Below are positions 1 through 10,465 of a DNA stretch of 64,000 nucleotides, piece by piece (the first letter of the stretch is position 1; each line of letters opens with the position of its first letter). The position numbers and the translations under genes are program-made. Source of the stretch: Squalus acanthias (taxonomy: Eukaryota); contig CM059432.1 in assembly GCA_030390025.1 (NCBI GenBank), forward strand, positions 144,648,001 through 144,712,000. Direction: 5' to 3'. The notes under the pieces are model-generated. The model saw only the letters and a program-made list of their open reading frames with translations, was not told the DNA's origin and ran no database searches.

Positions 1-1773
1 CCTACACAATGGAGTCTGCGGGTCCCCTACACAAGGGAGTCTGCGGGTCTCCCCTACACAAGGGAGTCTGCGGGTCTCCCGACACAAGGGAGTCTGCGGG
101 TCCCCTACACAAGGGAGTCTGCGGGTCCCCCTACACAAGGGAGTCTGCGGGTCTCCCCTACACAATGGAGTCTGCGGGTCTCCCTACACAAGGGAGTCTG
201 CGGGTCTCCCCTACACAAGGGAGTCTGCGGGTCTCCCGACACAAGGGAGTCTGCGGGTCTCCCCTACACAAGGGAGTCTGCGGGTCTCCCCTACACAAGG
301 GAGTCTGCGGGTCTCCCGACACAATGGAGTCTGCGGGTCCCCTACACAAGGGAGTCTGCGGGTCCCCTACACAAGGGAGTCTGCGGGTCTCCCGACACAA
401 GGGAGTCTGCGGGTCTCCCCTACACAAGGGAGTCTGCGGGTCTCCCCTACACAAGGGAGTCTGCGGGTCCCCTACACAAGGGAGTCTGCGGGTCCCCTAC
501 ACAATGGAGTCTGCAGGTCTCCTACACAATGGAGTCTGCAGGTCCCCTACACAATGGAGTCTGCGGGTCCCCTACACAAGGGAGTCTGCAGGTCCCCTAC
601 ACAAGGGAGTCTGCAGGTCTCCTACACAATGGAGTCTGCAGGTCCCCTACACAATGGAGTCTGCGGGTCCCCTACACAAGGGAGTCTGCGGGTCTCCCCT
701 ACACAAGGGAGTCTGCGGGTCTCCTACACAAGGGAGTCTGCGGGTCCCCTACACAAGGGAGTCTGCAGGTCTCCCCTACACAAGGGAGTCTGCGGGTCCC
801 CTACACAATGGAGTCTGCGGGTCCCCTACACAATGGAGTCTGCGGGTCTCCCCTACACAAGGGAGTCTGCGGGTCTCCCCTACACAAGGGAGTCTGCGGG
901 TCTCCCCTACACAATGGAGTCTGCGGGTCCCCTACACAATGGAGTCTGCAGGTCCCCTACACAAGGGAGTCTGCGGGTCTCCCCTACACAAGGGAGTCTG
1001 CGGGTCTCCCCTACACAATGGAGTCTGCGGGTCCCCTACACAAGGGAGTCTGCGGGTCCCCTACACAATGGAGTCTGCAGGTCCCCTACACAAGGGAGTC
1101 TGCGGGTCTCCCCTACACAAGGGAGTCTGCGGGTCTCCCCTACACAATGGAGTCTGCGGGTCTCCTACACAATGGAGTCTGCGGGTCTCCCCTACACAAG
1201 GGAGTCTGCAGGTCCCCTACACAAGGGAGTCTGCAGGTCTCCCCTACACAAGGGAGTCTGCGGGTCTCCCTACACAAGGGAGTCTGCGGGTCTCCCCTAC
1301 ACAATGGAGTCTGCGGGTCTCCCCTACACAATGGAGTCTGCGGGTCTCCCCTACACAAGGGAGTCTGCAGGTCCCCTACACAAGGGAGTCTGCAGGTCTC
1401 CCCTACACAAGGGAGTCTGCAGGTCTCCCCTACACAATGGAGTCTGCAGGTCCCCTACACAAGGGAGTCTGCAGGTCTCCCCTACACAAGGGAGTCTGCG
1501 GGTCTCCCCTACACAAGGGAGTCTGCAGGTCTCCCCTACACAATGGAGTCTGCAGGTCCCCTACACAATGGAGTCTGCGGGTCCCCTACACAATGGAGTC
1601 TGCGGGTCCCCTACACAATGGAGTCTGCGGGTCCCCTACACAATGGAGTCTGCAGGTCTCCCCTACACAATGGAGTCTGCGGGTCCCCTACACAATGGAG
1701 TCTGCGGGTCCCCTACACAAGGGAGTCTGCGGGTCCCCTACACAAGGGAGTCTGCGGGTCTCCCCTACACAAG
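1..1773. repeat. Minisatellite, 25-27 bp unit CCCCTACACAA(G/T)GGAGTCTGC(G/A)GGT(CT); runs off the window start
   Basis: Directly visible tandem array with two biallelic positions and a length-variable T/C tract. Confidence 0.98.
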
Positions 1774-2499
1774 GCCCCAGCCACAGATATCCAACTGCAG
1801 CACAGCATCTGAAAATTATATTTCAGTTCCTGCCATCGAAGCATGCTCAATTGTAATATTTATTGTAAAAATCCACCAAATTATTGGGCCACAGGGACAG
1901 CAAATCACAATATAAACCCATCCTGCTTTGAAATCAAAATTGCAATATTTACAAAGTTAGATCTATAAAATTTGCTGTTAATCATAAATGATAACACGTC
2001 ATAGATTACAGGTAAATATAGAACAAAATAAATGTGACTCTTTACTGTAGTTACTGGCTGATTTAACTTCTGACAAGGGACTGCATTTACCAGTTTTCAG
2101 CTAATTTATTGCTTTCCAAGTTGAGTCACGAGACAGGAGCAAAGATCTTCCTATCTGATTTATGCACATTTATAAATTATAACTGCACAATACAATAAAT
2201 CATCAGTCACAGCTAAGCCCGTCTTTCCCCTTGTGTCGCACCAGCAACTGATCTGATTAGGTAAGTTTACATTTGTTCTAGGCCAGATCAGAAATAAAAC
2301 AGAGGGAGCACAAGCAAAGATGGGAATATGCAGAAATGTTCTGTATTCTGTATTCGCTGCACGGGTGAGGAATCTGTTTCGTGGGGTTGTCCTGTGTAAC
2401 CCTATGTGTGAGAATAATGCCCCAGTGAGATGGCAGCACAGGCAACCTGATGTTTCCCATGATACCTGGTCCTATCAAATTCACGCTACATGTAACCCC

Positions 2500-2585
2500 A
2501 CCTGACGTAGAGTTATCCAGACTCGAGTCGTTGTTGGCTTGTTCTCTCTACACAGATGCGGCCGGACCTGCTGTGATTTCCAGCA
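2500..2585 (+). mobile_element. Degenerate Penelope-like terminal repeat fragment
   Basis: CTGACG...ACTCGA...CTCTCTACACAGATGCGGCCGGACCTGCTGTGATTTCCAGCA parallels the better-preserved copy at 5950-6030. Confidence 0.6.
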
Positions 2586-2834
2586 AAAAAAGTAAAACGT
2601 TTTTTGTTTTCCATCTGCCACATTTGACCCCTTGTGACCCCACCTCATTGTCTTTGTTGTATTTTGCTATCGTCTTTGATGTAATGTCTTCCTGACTGAC
2701 CTGGTTGGACACCATCCACACCTTTGATTGCCGTGATTGTCTCTCTGCCAAGGTGTGATAAAGGGCAGTTAGAAAGATTAACTGTAATCGTCTGGCATTG
2801 TTCTCTGACTATATATGCTGTGCCCATATGTATT

Positions 2835-2953
2835 TCTTCACTTCACCTGACGAAGGAGCAGCGCTCCGAAAGCTTGTGATTTCAAATAACCTGGTGTTGT
2901 GCGACTTCTCAGTTTTGTCCACCCCAGTCCAACACCGGCATCTCCGCATCATG
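2835..2953 (+). mobile_element. Short Penelope-type terminal-repeat unit carrying a hammerhead motif
   Basis: Same sequence family as 27851-27978 and 59256-59375 (…CCTGGTGTTGTGCGAC…TTTGTCCACCCCAGTCCAACACCGGCATCTCCGC), with a small internal deletion. Confidence 0.8.
2843..2879 (+). ncRNA. Minimal type I hammerhead ribozyme motif
   Basis: TCAC-CTGACGA-A-GGAGC(AGC)GCTCC-GAAA-GCTT-GTGA: stem I TCAC/GTGA, CUGANGA box, stem II, GAAA box, palindromic AAGCTT in place of a full stem III. Confidence 0.75.
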
Positions 2954-3317
2954 GCTACCAAATTCAGACAGGCGAACCCAGCAGCATCGGGAGCCCAAAT
3001 GCTAATTGTTCTGACTTCTGGTCTCACCTGGCCTGTTCTGAGTTCCGCCCAAGAGTCAGGGGGCAAATGTTTTGTCCTCGGTGTCTGCCTGGAGTGGATC
3101 GCCCGCCCCTTGTAGAACCTGCCCCGGGCGGTGAAGATGTCAATTTACTGGACAGTAATTCAGGGGTCAGCTAGAGGCTTTCCTGAATGCAATGTGTATG
3201 TTTGTCCTGGGCTAGCAGGGGCAAAGACTAGAGAACAGGTCAGTGGAGCCGAGAGGAGCCATAAAATTACTTCAACACAGTACTTCAAACCATAAAGCAA
3301 TTTTACACAGAGGACCA

Positions 3318-3523
3318 ATTTAGTTGAGGCCAAGTCATTAAATATATTCAAGAATGAGTTAGATATATTTCTTAAAGCTAAAGGGATCAAGGGATATGGG
3401 GAGAAGGCAGGTACAGGGTACTGAGTTTGGATGATCAGCCATGATCTCATCGAATGGCGGAGCAGGCTCGAGGGGCCGAATGGCCTACTCCTGCTCCTAT
3501 CTTCTATGTTTCTATGTTTCTAT
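3318..3523 (+). mobile_element. CR1 LINE 3' end
   Basis: Nearly identical to the 3' end of the CR1 at 38545-38737; ends in a (TTTCTATG)n tail. Confidence 0.9.
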
Positions 3524-4063
3524 GACCAGAACTGGATCAAATCGTGGGTTTACCAAGATATTACAAAATCCAGTACCTCATGGATCTATTGCACTGAACC
3601 AGCTTCAAACCACAGGTTTTTTTAATAGTCTCACTGGCCACTCTTGCACACCACTTCCACACACACGTCGCATCTAATATTAGGGGGTTTGATCAATCCC
3701 AGGATCCTTTCTCCCAACCATTTTACCCATGCCCACTTTTCCATTAAAATTAACAGCGGAGAGAACTGCCCCTCATGATAATTATCACACCAGTTTTCCT
3801 GAACTCAGTTTGCTGTCAGGAAAAGGTACTACTTCAAGAGTATCAGTAGGCACTATTCTAAATCAATAACGCCGTTTAGAAAGGCCCGAACATTGTATGG
3901 TTAAACAAAGATCACTAAGTGCCACTACTTAAAATTAATTTTGATAAATCCTCTACTTATACGAACCAAGATGTATTAATTTTGTTTGATTATTTTATAG
4001 TTATTTACTAAGTTGAAGGCGCTATATAAATGCAGGTTGTTGTTGTTACCTGTAATACATTAC

Positions 4064-4757
4064 GGGAGAAAAATTCGGTTGCTTTGCGCCTCCAATTAGC
4101 GCTAACAGGGCGCAAAGCAACTAGCGCCCGGGCGCGGCACCACCAACGCCTCCAGCGAAATTCAACGGGAGGTTAGGGGTGGCGGTAACAGTTAGCGCCC
4201 CACGCCGCCAGCGATGATGTCATCGCCGTGCGCAGCGCCCCGGCTGCGATCTTCGGTAGCGCCCCTTGACTTACCGCCGGATGCTATGTCGGACGGGGTC
4301 AGGGGGGCCTACCTGCGGCCGGGGCGGCGCTATTTATAGGTGAGGTGCCGGGTGGCCATTTTTGTTGCTGGCCGTCTGCCAGCACCTGCCTCCGCTGCTG
4401 TCCCTGGCCTCCTGACCCGCCCTCCCCGCGGAGTGTTGGCTGTGCTCCATGAGCCTGGCACTTCTCTTGAGTGCTGGGCTCTTTTGCCGGCACTCCGATC
4501 CCCGGTGGCCCAGCTGGGCCCCGGGTCGTGCTACACAAGGCCCCCTCCCCTTTAAGAAGGGGAGGAAGGCCTGCAATACCGCGGCACGATGTGCCGCGAT
4601 ATTCCCTCGCAGCGCCCCAAGAGGGAGGCGCCCCGCTTCCCTCTTGGGGCGCTACTACTCAATATCAGCCGCAGGGGGGCTAATTTTTCCGGGGCGCTAA
4701 AAGTAACGCCCTGGCGAAGTTAGCGCCTCAAAGGGGTCGCGACTCAATTTTTCCCCC
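4064..4757. mobile_element. Non-autonomous DNA transposon (MITE family A), probably PIF/Harbinger
   Basis: Terminal inverted repeats (TIRs) GGGAGAAAAATTC / CAATTTTTCCCCC; 3-bp TSD TAC (4061-4063, 4758-4760); second copy at 55859-56621. Confidence 0.88.
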
Positions 4758-4779
4758 TACAGCTCTTGCTGAAATGTAC

Positions 4780-4975
4780 TGACTCCAATTGATTCCCTGT
4801 TCAAAGAGCCACAAGACATTCCTGGGATTGGAGGACTTCTGTTCTGAGGGCAATATGAATATGCTTAGACTTTTCAGCCTTGAAAAGAGGCTACAGTGAC
4901 AGGGCATCATAGGGGTATACTAGGTACAAAATGTTACAGAAAGGTTAAAGCCAGGGCACAGCTATAAATTGAAGT
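4780..4975 (+). mobile_element. Highly degenerate CR1 fragment
   Basis: Remnants such as ATTCCTGGGATT...AGACTTTTCAGCCTTGAAAAGAGG resemble the CR1 IPG...LGLFSLEKRR region. Confidence 0.45.
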
Positions 4976-4983
4976 ATCACGGG

Positions 4984-5202
4984 TGACGTACGAAAACTAC
5001 TAGGCACTTGGTCTAAGCGTTAAACAAAGCTTTAATCAACTGTTTTACAACATGGAGGTCTAGTTGTGTCCTTCACTAGTTCCTGTTAAGAATGTCCTGC
5101 ACAAGCTGGGCCCGTGCCCGAGTATTTATACTCTCCCTGGACAGCGCCACCCGCAGGCCACTCAGTATTATTTCATAAGTCATGAATGACAGATTCATGT
5201 CA
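4984..5202 (-). mobile_element. Solo LTR (219 bp) of an LTR retrotransposon
   Basis: TG...CA termini with short inverted ends (TGACGT / ATGTCA); perfect 5-bp TSD ACGGG (4979-4983, 5203-5207); on the minus strand TATAAATA (~5123-5130) lies upstream of ATTAAA (~5031-5036). Confidence 0.82.
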
Positions 5203-5214
5203 ACGGGTAATGGG

Positions 5215-5435
5215 TACGCTAGTGTAGTGGTTATTTTACTGGACTAGTAATCCAGAAGCCTGGACTAGTAATCCAGGGAACCTGCCGCCCTTACCCGGTC
5301 TGGTCTAGATGTGACTCCAGTCCCATACCAACGTGGTTGACTCTTAACTGCCCTCTGAAGTGGTATCAAACCACTACAAAGAATAACCTGCAGTGGTTCA
5401 AGAAGGCGGCCCACCAGATTAGCGCAACTAGGGAT
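5215..5435 (+). mobile_element. tRNA-derived SINE, internally deleted (family of 15542-15930)
   Basis: Head TAGTGTAGTGGTTATTTTACTGGACTAGTAATCCAGA and body CCTTACCCGGTCTGG...GACTCCAGTCCCA are shared with 15542-15930. Confidence 0.75.
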
Positions 5436-5461
5436 TGTTAACAGTTATGGTTCTCCCATAT

Positions 5462-6075
5462 AACAACAGAAACGCTGGAAAAAAACTCAGCAGGCCAGGC
5501 AGCATCCTCGGCCTCTTGCATTGTTCCACGGAAGCTCAGCGTAAGCTCGAGGAACAGCACCTCATCTTTCGATGAGGCACTCTACAGCCCTCTGGACTCA
5601 ACATAGAGTTCAACAATTTCAGATCATAACCTTGGCCCCTATCACATATATATATATATTTTTATCCACACTTTTTGTTTGGCCTTTTTTTCTTCCCTCC
5701 CACATGGCAGCTGTTCTTCATTCTGCCAGCGCAATTCACACTTTATCTAGAGCCATCCTTTGTTCCTTAACCTGTCACATTACCACCTCCGCTTGCCTTG
5801 AATATCTCTTAATGTCTCTCAATGTCTCTTAATCTCTCCTACTTTCTATCCTATCACTGACCTTCCCTTTTGTTCTTTCATCCCCTCCCCCATTTCCCAG
5901 CCCCTAAACCGGCTTTAAAATCTATTCCATTTTCTGCTTTTTTCCAGTTCTGACGAAAGGTCTTCGACCTGAAACGTTAACTCTGTTTCTCTCTCTACGG
6001 ATGCTGCCTGGCCTGCTGAGTTTTTCCAGCGTTTTCTGTTGTTATTTCGGATTTCCAGCATCTGCAGTATTTTGC
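5462..6075 (+). mobile_element. Penelope-like element (PLE) 3' fragment with GIY-YIG C-terminal remnant, terminal repeat and inverted 5' piece
   Basis: 5507-5628 translates to LGLLHCSTEAQRKLEEQHLIFR*GTLQPSGLNIEFNNFRS*, typical of the PLE endonuclease C-terminus. 5462-5506 is the near reverse complement of ~6000-6044. Flanked by a 16-bp duplication TATGGTTCTCCCATAT (5446-5461, 6076-6091). Confidence 0.88.
5946..5982 (+). ncRNA. Minimal type I hammerhead ribozyme motif in the PLE terminal repeat
   Basis: AGTT-CTGACGA-A-AGGTC(TTC)GACCT-GAAA-CGTT-AACT: stems I and II pair perfectly, both core boxes intact, palindromic AACGTT at stem III. Confidence 0.8.
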
Positions 6076-6175
6076 TATGGTTCTCCCATATCTATTCTAC
6101 CAGTTACATCCTCAAAAAACTCCTGTAGGTTTGTCAAACACGATTTCCCTTTCATAAATCCATGTTGACTCCATC
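6076..6175 (-). mobile_element. CR1 reverse transcriptase (RT) fragment
   Basis: Translates SQHGFMKGKSCLTNLQEFFEDVTGRIDMGEP. Confidence 0.85.
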
Positions 6176-7404
6176 CTGAGAATGAATTAAAAAAAAGAAC
6201 AGGCACAGGTTCTAACCAGCGAAAGGCAAACAGAATTGAGATCAGGAAGCTCTTCACAAAAAGATTGAACACATGGAATGGAGTCCCAGATATCAAGCAG
6301 AATTCCTCGAATAATTTAATAAACTGTTGAGGCATGGGGGAACTGCAATTTATTTCTGGATGAATAAGGTAAGATAGACCTAATCTCCATGTTCTGAAAT
6401 CCAACTTGCGAATAGTCAGTGCCTCTGATCCCCTATCCAAGCCCCACTGCGTCTGTGTTGCTCATCCAGAGGCATCAGCTGTATTTACATTTTTTTGGGC
6501 TCGTAACCTACAGCTCTCCCCTGACCTCAACACGAACGAGGCACAGCGAAAAGGGAAGATGGAAGCCTACATTCCACTGCTGCCTGAGGCTTATGCTTTT
6601 AATGGCTTGCTTTTCCCTCTGCACGCGATCACTGCGGGAAGGGAACAGAGAGAGAAAGGAGGAGTCCAGCAGCATAAAAGGAGCTTCCTTTGGCCCGTGT
6701 GTGAGCGCAAAGACCAAGCGGAGGAGGGTTTGCGTCAAAAGGGAAAATATTTTCAAGGTAGAGGGGAGGGCGCCAGCCTACATCGACCTAGGAGGGACAG
6801 ACACCTTCATGCCAGGAACATACTCAGGCCCCCTTGCATTAGGGCCTGGATTAAGCAGTTGATGATAAGTAAGACTGGCATGCAGCAATGGATTTAGATG
6901 CCTAGAGTATCAAGAAGGCTGGCACACCTCATGTTGTCCTGTGTAGGTGCCTCCAATACCCTGACAGCAGGATCCCTGATGAGAAGATTCTGCTGTTTCA
7001 GATGACAGCTCCTGGAAGACATTAAATGGAGGCCAGGAACATGAACACGTTGGTCGTAGGTTCACTATCTGCTGCCTTGACTGGGTTGCCGAGAGACAAA
7101 CAGCTGTTGCTGAAACTCTGCCAGGCCTCGGGAGCACAGCGAGTGGGAGGAAAGAGCCATAACCTCAAAAGCACAGCGAGATCATTACATGAAAGAGAGA
7201 AATATGCACACGTAGTGGAGACCTTGCTGTGTGGTGGGTCCAGGAAATTATAGCCTCTTGTATTGGACACACACTCCTGCTTCCAGCGGCCCTCTGAATG
7301 TGTGGAATCAGCTAGCTAAGATCAAGTGGGGGAGTGAAGAAGAGTGTATTCAGAGTGCAGGATCTTGAGGCTCATCAGATTATGCTGTGGGTTGTTTGTG
7401 CCCC

Positions 7405-7870
7405 CCCCCACTGTACCCAGGAGTCCACCCAAGGATCTGTCCTTGGCCCCCTCTTATTCCTCATCGACATGCTACCCCTTGGTGACATCATCTGCATACA
7501 TGAGCCCAGCTTCCACATGTTCGCAGATGACACCCAACTCTGCCCCTCCACCACCTGTCCCGGCCCCTGCTTGTCTGATGTCCATTCCTAGATGAGCCAC
7601 AATTTCCTCCAATTAAACATTGGGAAGACCGAAGCCACAGTAAGACTGAAGCCATAGTCCTCGCAATCTCCGTTTTCTCGCCACTGATTCCATCCCACTC
7701 CCCAGCCACTGTCTCAGGCTGAACCAGACTGTTTGCCATCTCGGCATCCTATTCGAACCTGAACCGAGTTTCCAAGCCCATAATCTCTCCATCACCAAGA
7801 CCGCCTACTTCCACCTCCGTAACAGCCCCTCTCTCACTTAAACCCTTATCCATGCCTTTGTCACCTCAGC
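7405..7870 (+). mobile_element. L2 LINE RT fragment
   Basis: [21 protein letters not shown]...[10 protein letters not shown] followed by the FLQLNIGKTE motif. Confidence 0.88.
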
Positions 7871-8029
7871 TAGTGTTAGTAATGGGTAACCTTTGTCTGG
7901 CTGGTCTAATAAAATCACTTGTTAAGGTCATTGAGAGCAAAGTCTAAACAGCAATCTCCTTAAACTTTTACTTTTTGGTACAGATTAAAAAGAAAGGCTG
8001 ATACAGCAGAACGATTCACATTTAAGGAA

Positions 8030-8180
8030 TCATCCATCTGAAAAGGCAGATGGGGCCTCGGTTTAACATCTCATCTGAAAGACAGCATCTATGACAGTGC
8101 AGCACTCCCTCAGTACTGCACTGTAATGTCAGCCTATTTATGGTCTCAAGTCCTGTGTTGGGGCTTGGACCCACGACCTT
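8030..8180 (-). mobile_element. SacSINE1/DeuSINE-like SINE, 5' part
   Basis: GGGGCCTCGGTTTAACATCTCATCTGAAAGACAGCA...CAGCACTCCCTCAGTACTGCACTG matches 19330-19460. Confidence 0.75.
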
Positions 8181-8329
8181 GTTGGGAGGGTAATGTAACC
8201 TTGGCCTCTGCTCTGAAATCAGGCATTACAACTTGCACTTATATGGTTGATTTAGAGATTGGAAGAGGCTGTGCAGGAAGTGGGAGAGAAGTTACTGCAG
8301 GTGGCTGAAGGTGCAGTGAAAGAATTCAG

Positions 8330-9545
8330 TTTTTGAGGGTGAGGGCAGAGGTGGCCAAGGAAGAGAGGTTTACATAGAGGGTGGTGGCTCAAGACTCTGT
8401 TGCAGATGGTGGAGCAGAGGGAGGGACAGGTTCACAGTAGTCAGAAGAGCTGAGGGTGCCTGCTGACATGTAGGGCTGGAGAGGAGTATAGTGGCAGCAA
8501 GGAGTGAAGCCATGGACAGATTTTAAAACAAGAACAAGAATTTTAAAGTCAATGCAGAAGCCAGCAGTGATTGGCAAGGACAGGGATGATGGATGTGTGG
8601 GACTCTGCCAAACAGAATATGAGTTATTAAATTCTGGATGAGTTGCAGTTTATGGAACTCAGGAGGTTGGCGATGAGAGCATTGAAGGAGCCAAGCCTCA
8701 AGGTGACAAAGACAAGCATCAGGGTCTCAGCTAAAGTGTGGGTGAGGTGGCGATGTAGACATGCAATGTCATTGGATTGGAAGTGGCTATCTCGGTGACG
8801 GGCAACATGTGGGGTTTGAAGCTCAGCTCAAAGTCAAATGGAAGTCAGTGGTGATTGGCAAGGACAGGGATGATGGATGAGTGGGACTCTGCCAAATAGA
8901 ATATGAGTCACCAAATTCTGGATGAGTGGCAGTTTATGGAGCTTAAGAGGTTGGCAAGCAGAGCAGGTTCAGCATGCGCGAGCAGCTGGGAAGGAGGGTA
9001 GAATCGGCGTCCAAGGAGAAAGGTTCTGGCAAGAGCTAAATAGGTATTGAGCAAGAGAAGGCTGTAACTCAACCAGGACTTGATTGCCAACAGGCAATCA
9101 GACAGCATGACAGCAGCTGTGGGTTTGAGGATGGGGCTGGGGCTGGGAGATGAAGTCAGCTCTCGTTAGTGAACATTGGAAGTTGAACCCAAGTTTCTGA
9201 GTAATGTCACCGATGGAAATCATGTGGACGAGGAAAAGCAGAGGGTCAAGGATGGAACCTTGGGCATGCTGGAGGTGACGATTCAGGAATGGGAGGAGAC
9301 ACCACTGAAGAAGCATTAAATGCGCTGCAACAGGTAGGAATGGAACAGTGATGGGGCTAAGCCCTGGAGGTGGAGTACGGAGGATAGAATGGTGGAGGAG
9401 GATAGAGTGGTCGATTGTGCTGAAGGCCAGAGAGATTGAGGAAGATAAGGAAGGATAGTGTGCCAGGGTCACAGATCGGATACTGTAAGTGACTTTGACC
9501 AGAGCATTCAAGGCTGTGGACGGGGCAAAAACCAGACAGTAAAGA
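8330..9545 (-). mobile_element. Old degenerate L2 LINE
   Basis: Minus-strand remnants: STALNALVKVT, AFSTIDHSILL, QGSILDPLLF, IDFKILVLVLKSVHG. Confidence 0.78.
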
Positions 9546-9892
9546 ATGCTACTCTGCACTTACAATTGATATCAGGAACTGTAACAAATCCAAATGTGGG
9601 CAGTAGGCAGAATTGCATGGCAGTGACACATTTCATGACCAACTGGATTCATTTGACAATTCTCATCACTAATTGTGGTATAGGGAGTTTGGCTGGAATG
9701 ATATGATGTTATACTTAACTTAAAAAATTGCACTGAGATTCACACTCTGAATTACAATAGGCTCCAAAAAGGTCAATAAATGCACCAAACGGGGTGTCAA
9801 AAGTCACAACCTTCGAGGGAGAGGTGTCATAACCCATAGAAAATAAATCTCCTGCTTTAAGCACTCACACCCCCTTCAGTCATTTCTCAATC

Positions 9893-10465
9893 ACAACAAC
9901 AACAACTTGTATTTATATAGCACATTTAACGTAGTAAAACCTCCCAAGGCGCTTCATAGGAGTGATACAAGACAAAAAATTGACACCGAGCCACATAAGA
10001 AATTAGGACAGATGACAAAAAGCTTGGTCAAAGAGGTAGGTTTTAAGGAGCGTCTTAAAGGAGGAGAGAGAGGTAGAGAGGTTTAGGGAGGGAGTTCCAG
10101 AGCTTAGGGCCTAGGCAGCTGAATGCATGGTCACCGATAGTTGAGCGATTTATAATCAGGGATGTTCAAGAGGGCAGAATTTGAGGAGCGCAGATATCTC
10201 GGGGGATTGAAGGACATCACAGAGATAAGGAGGGGCCAGGCCATGGAGGAATTTGAAAACAAGTGTAAGAATTTTGAAATCGAGGCGCTGCTTAACCGGG
10301 AGCCAATGTAGGTCAGCGAGCACAGGGGTGATGGGTGAACGGGACTTGGTGCGAGTTAGGACATGGGCAGCCGAGTTTTGGATGACCTCAAGTTTACGTA
10401 GGGTAGAATGTGGGAGGCCAGCCAGGAGTGCATTGGAATAGTCAAGTCTAGAGGTAACAAAGGCA
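9893..10465 (-). mobile_element. L2 LINE 3' end
   Basis: AFVTSRLDYSNALLAGLP...LHWLPVKQRLDFKIL; (GTT)n tail seen as caacaacaac on the plus strand. Confidence 0.93.

Noticed and set aside
1..1773. CRISPR-like array
   Set aside because: Head-to-tail repeats without unique spacers, no cas genes, vertebrate context.
9..1915. Long ORFs of 427-615 aa
   Set aside because: All three plus-strand frames are open only because the minisatellite unit lacks stops; the peptides are frame-cycling repeats.
6406..6897. 163-aa and 147-aa overlapping ORFs
   Set aside because: No recognisable domain and no convincing splice structure; cannot be supported.
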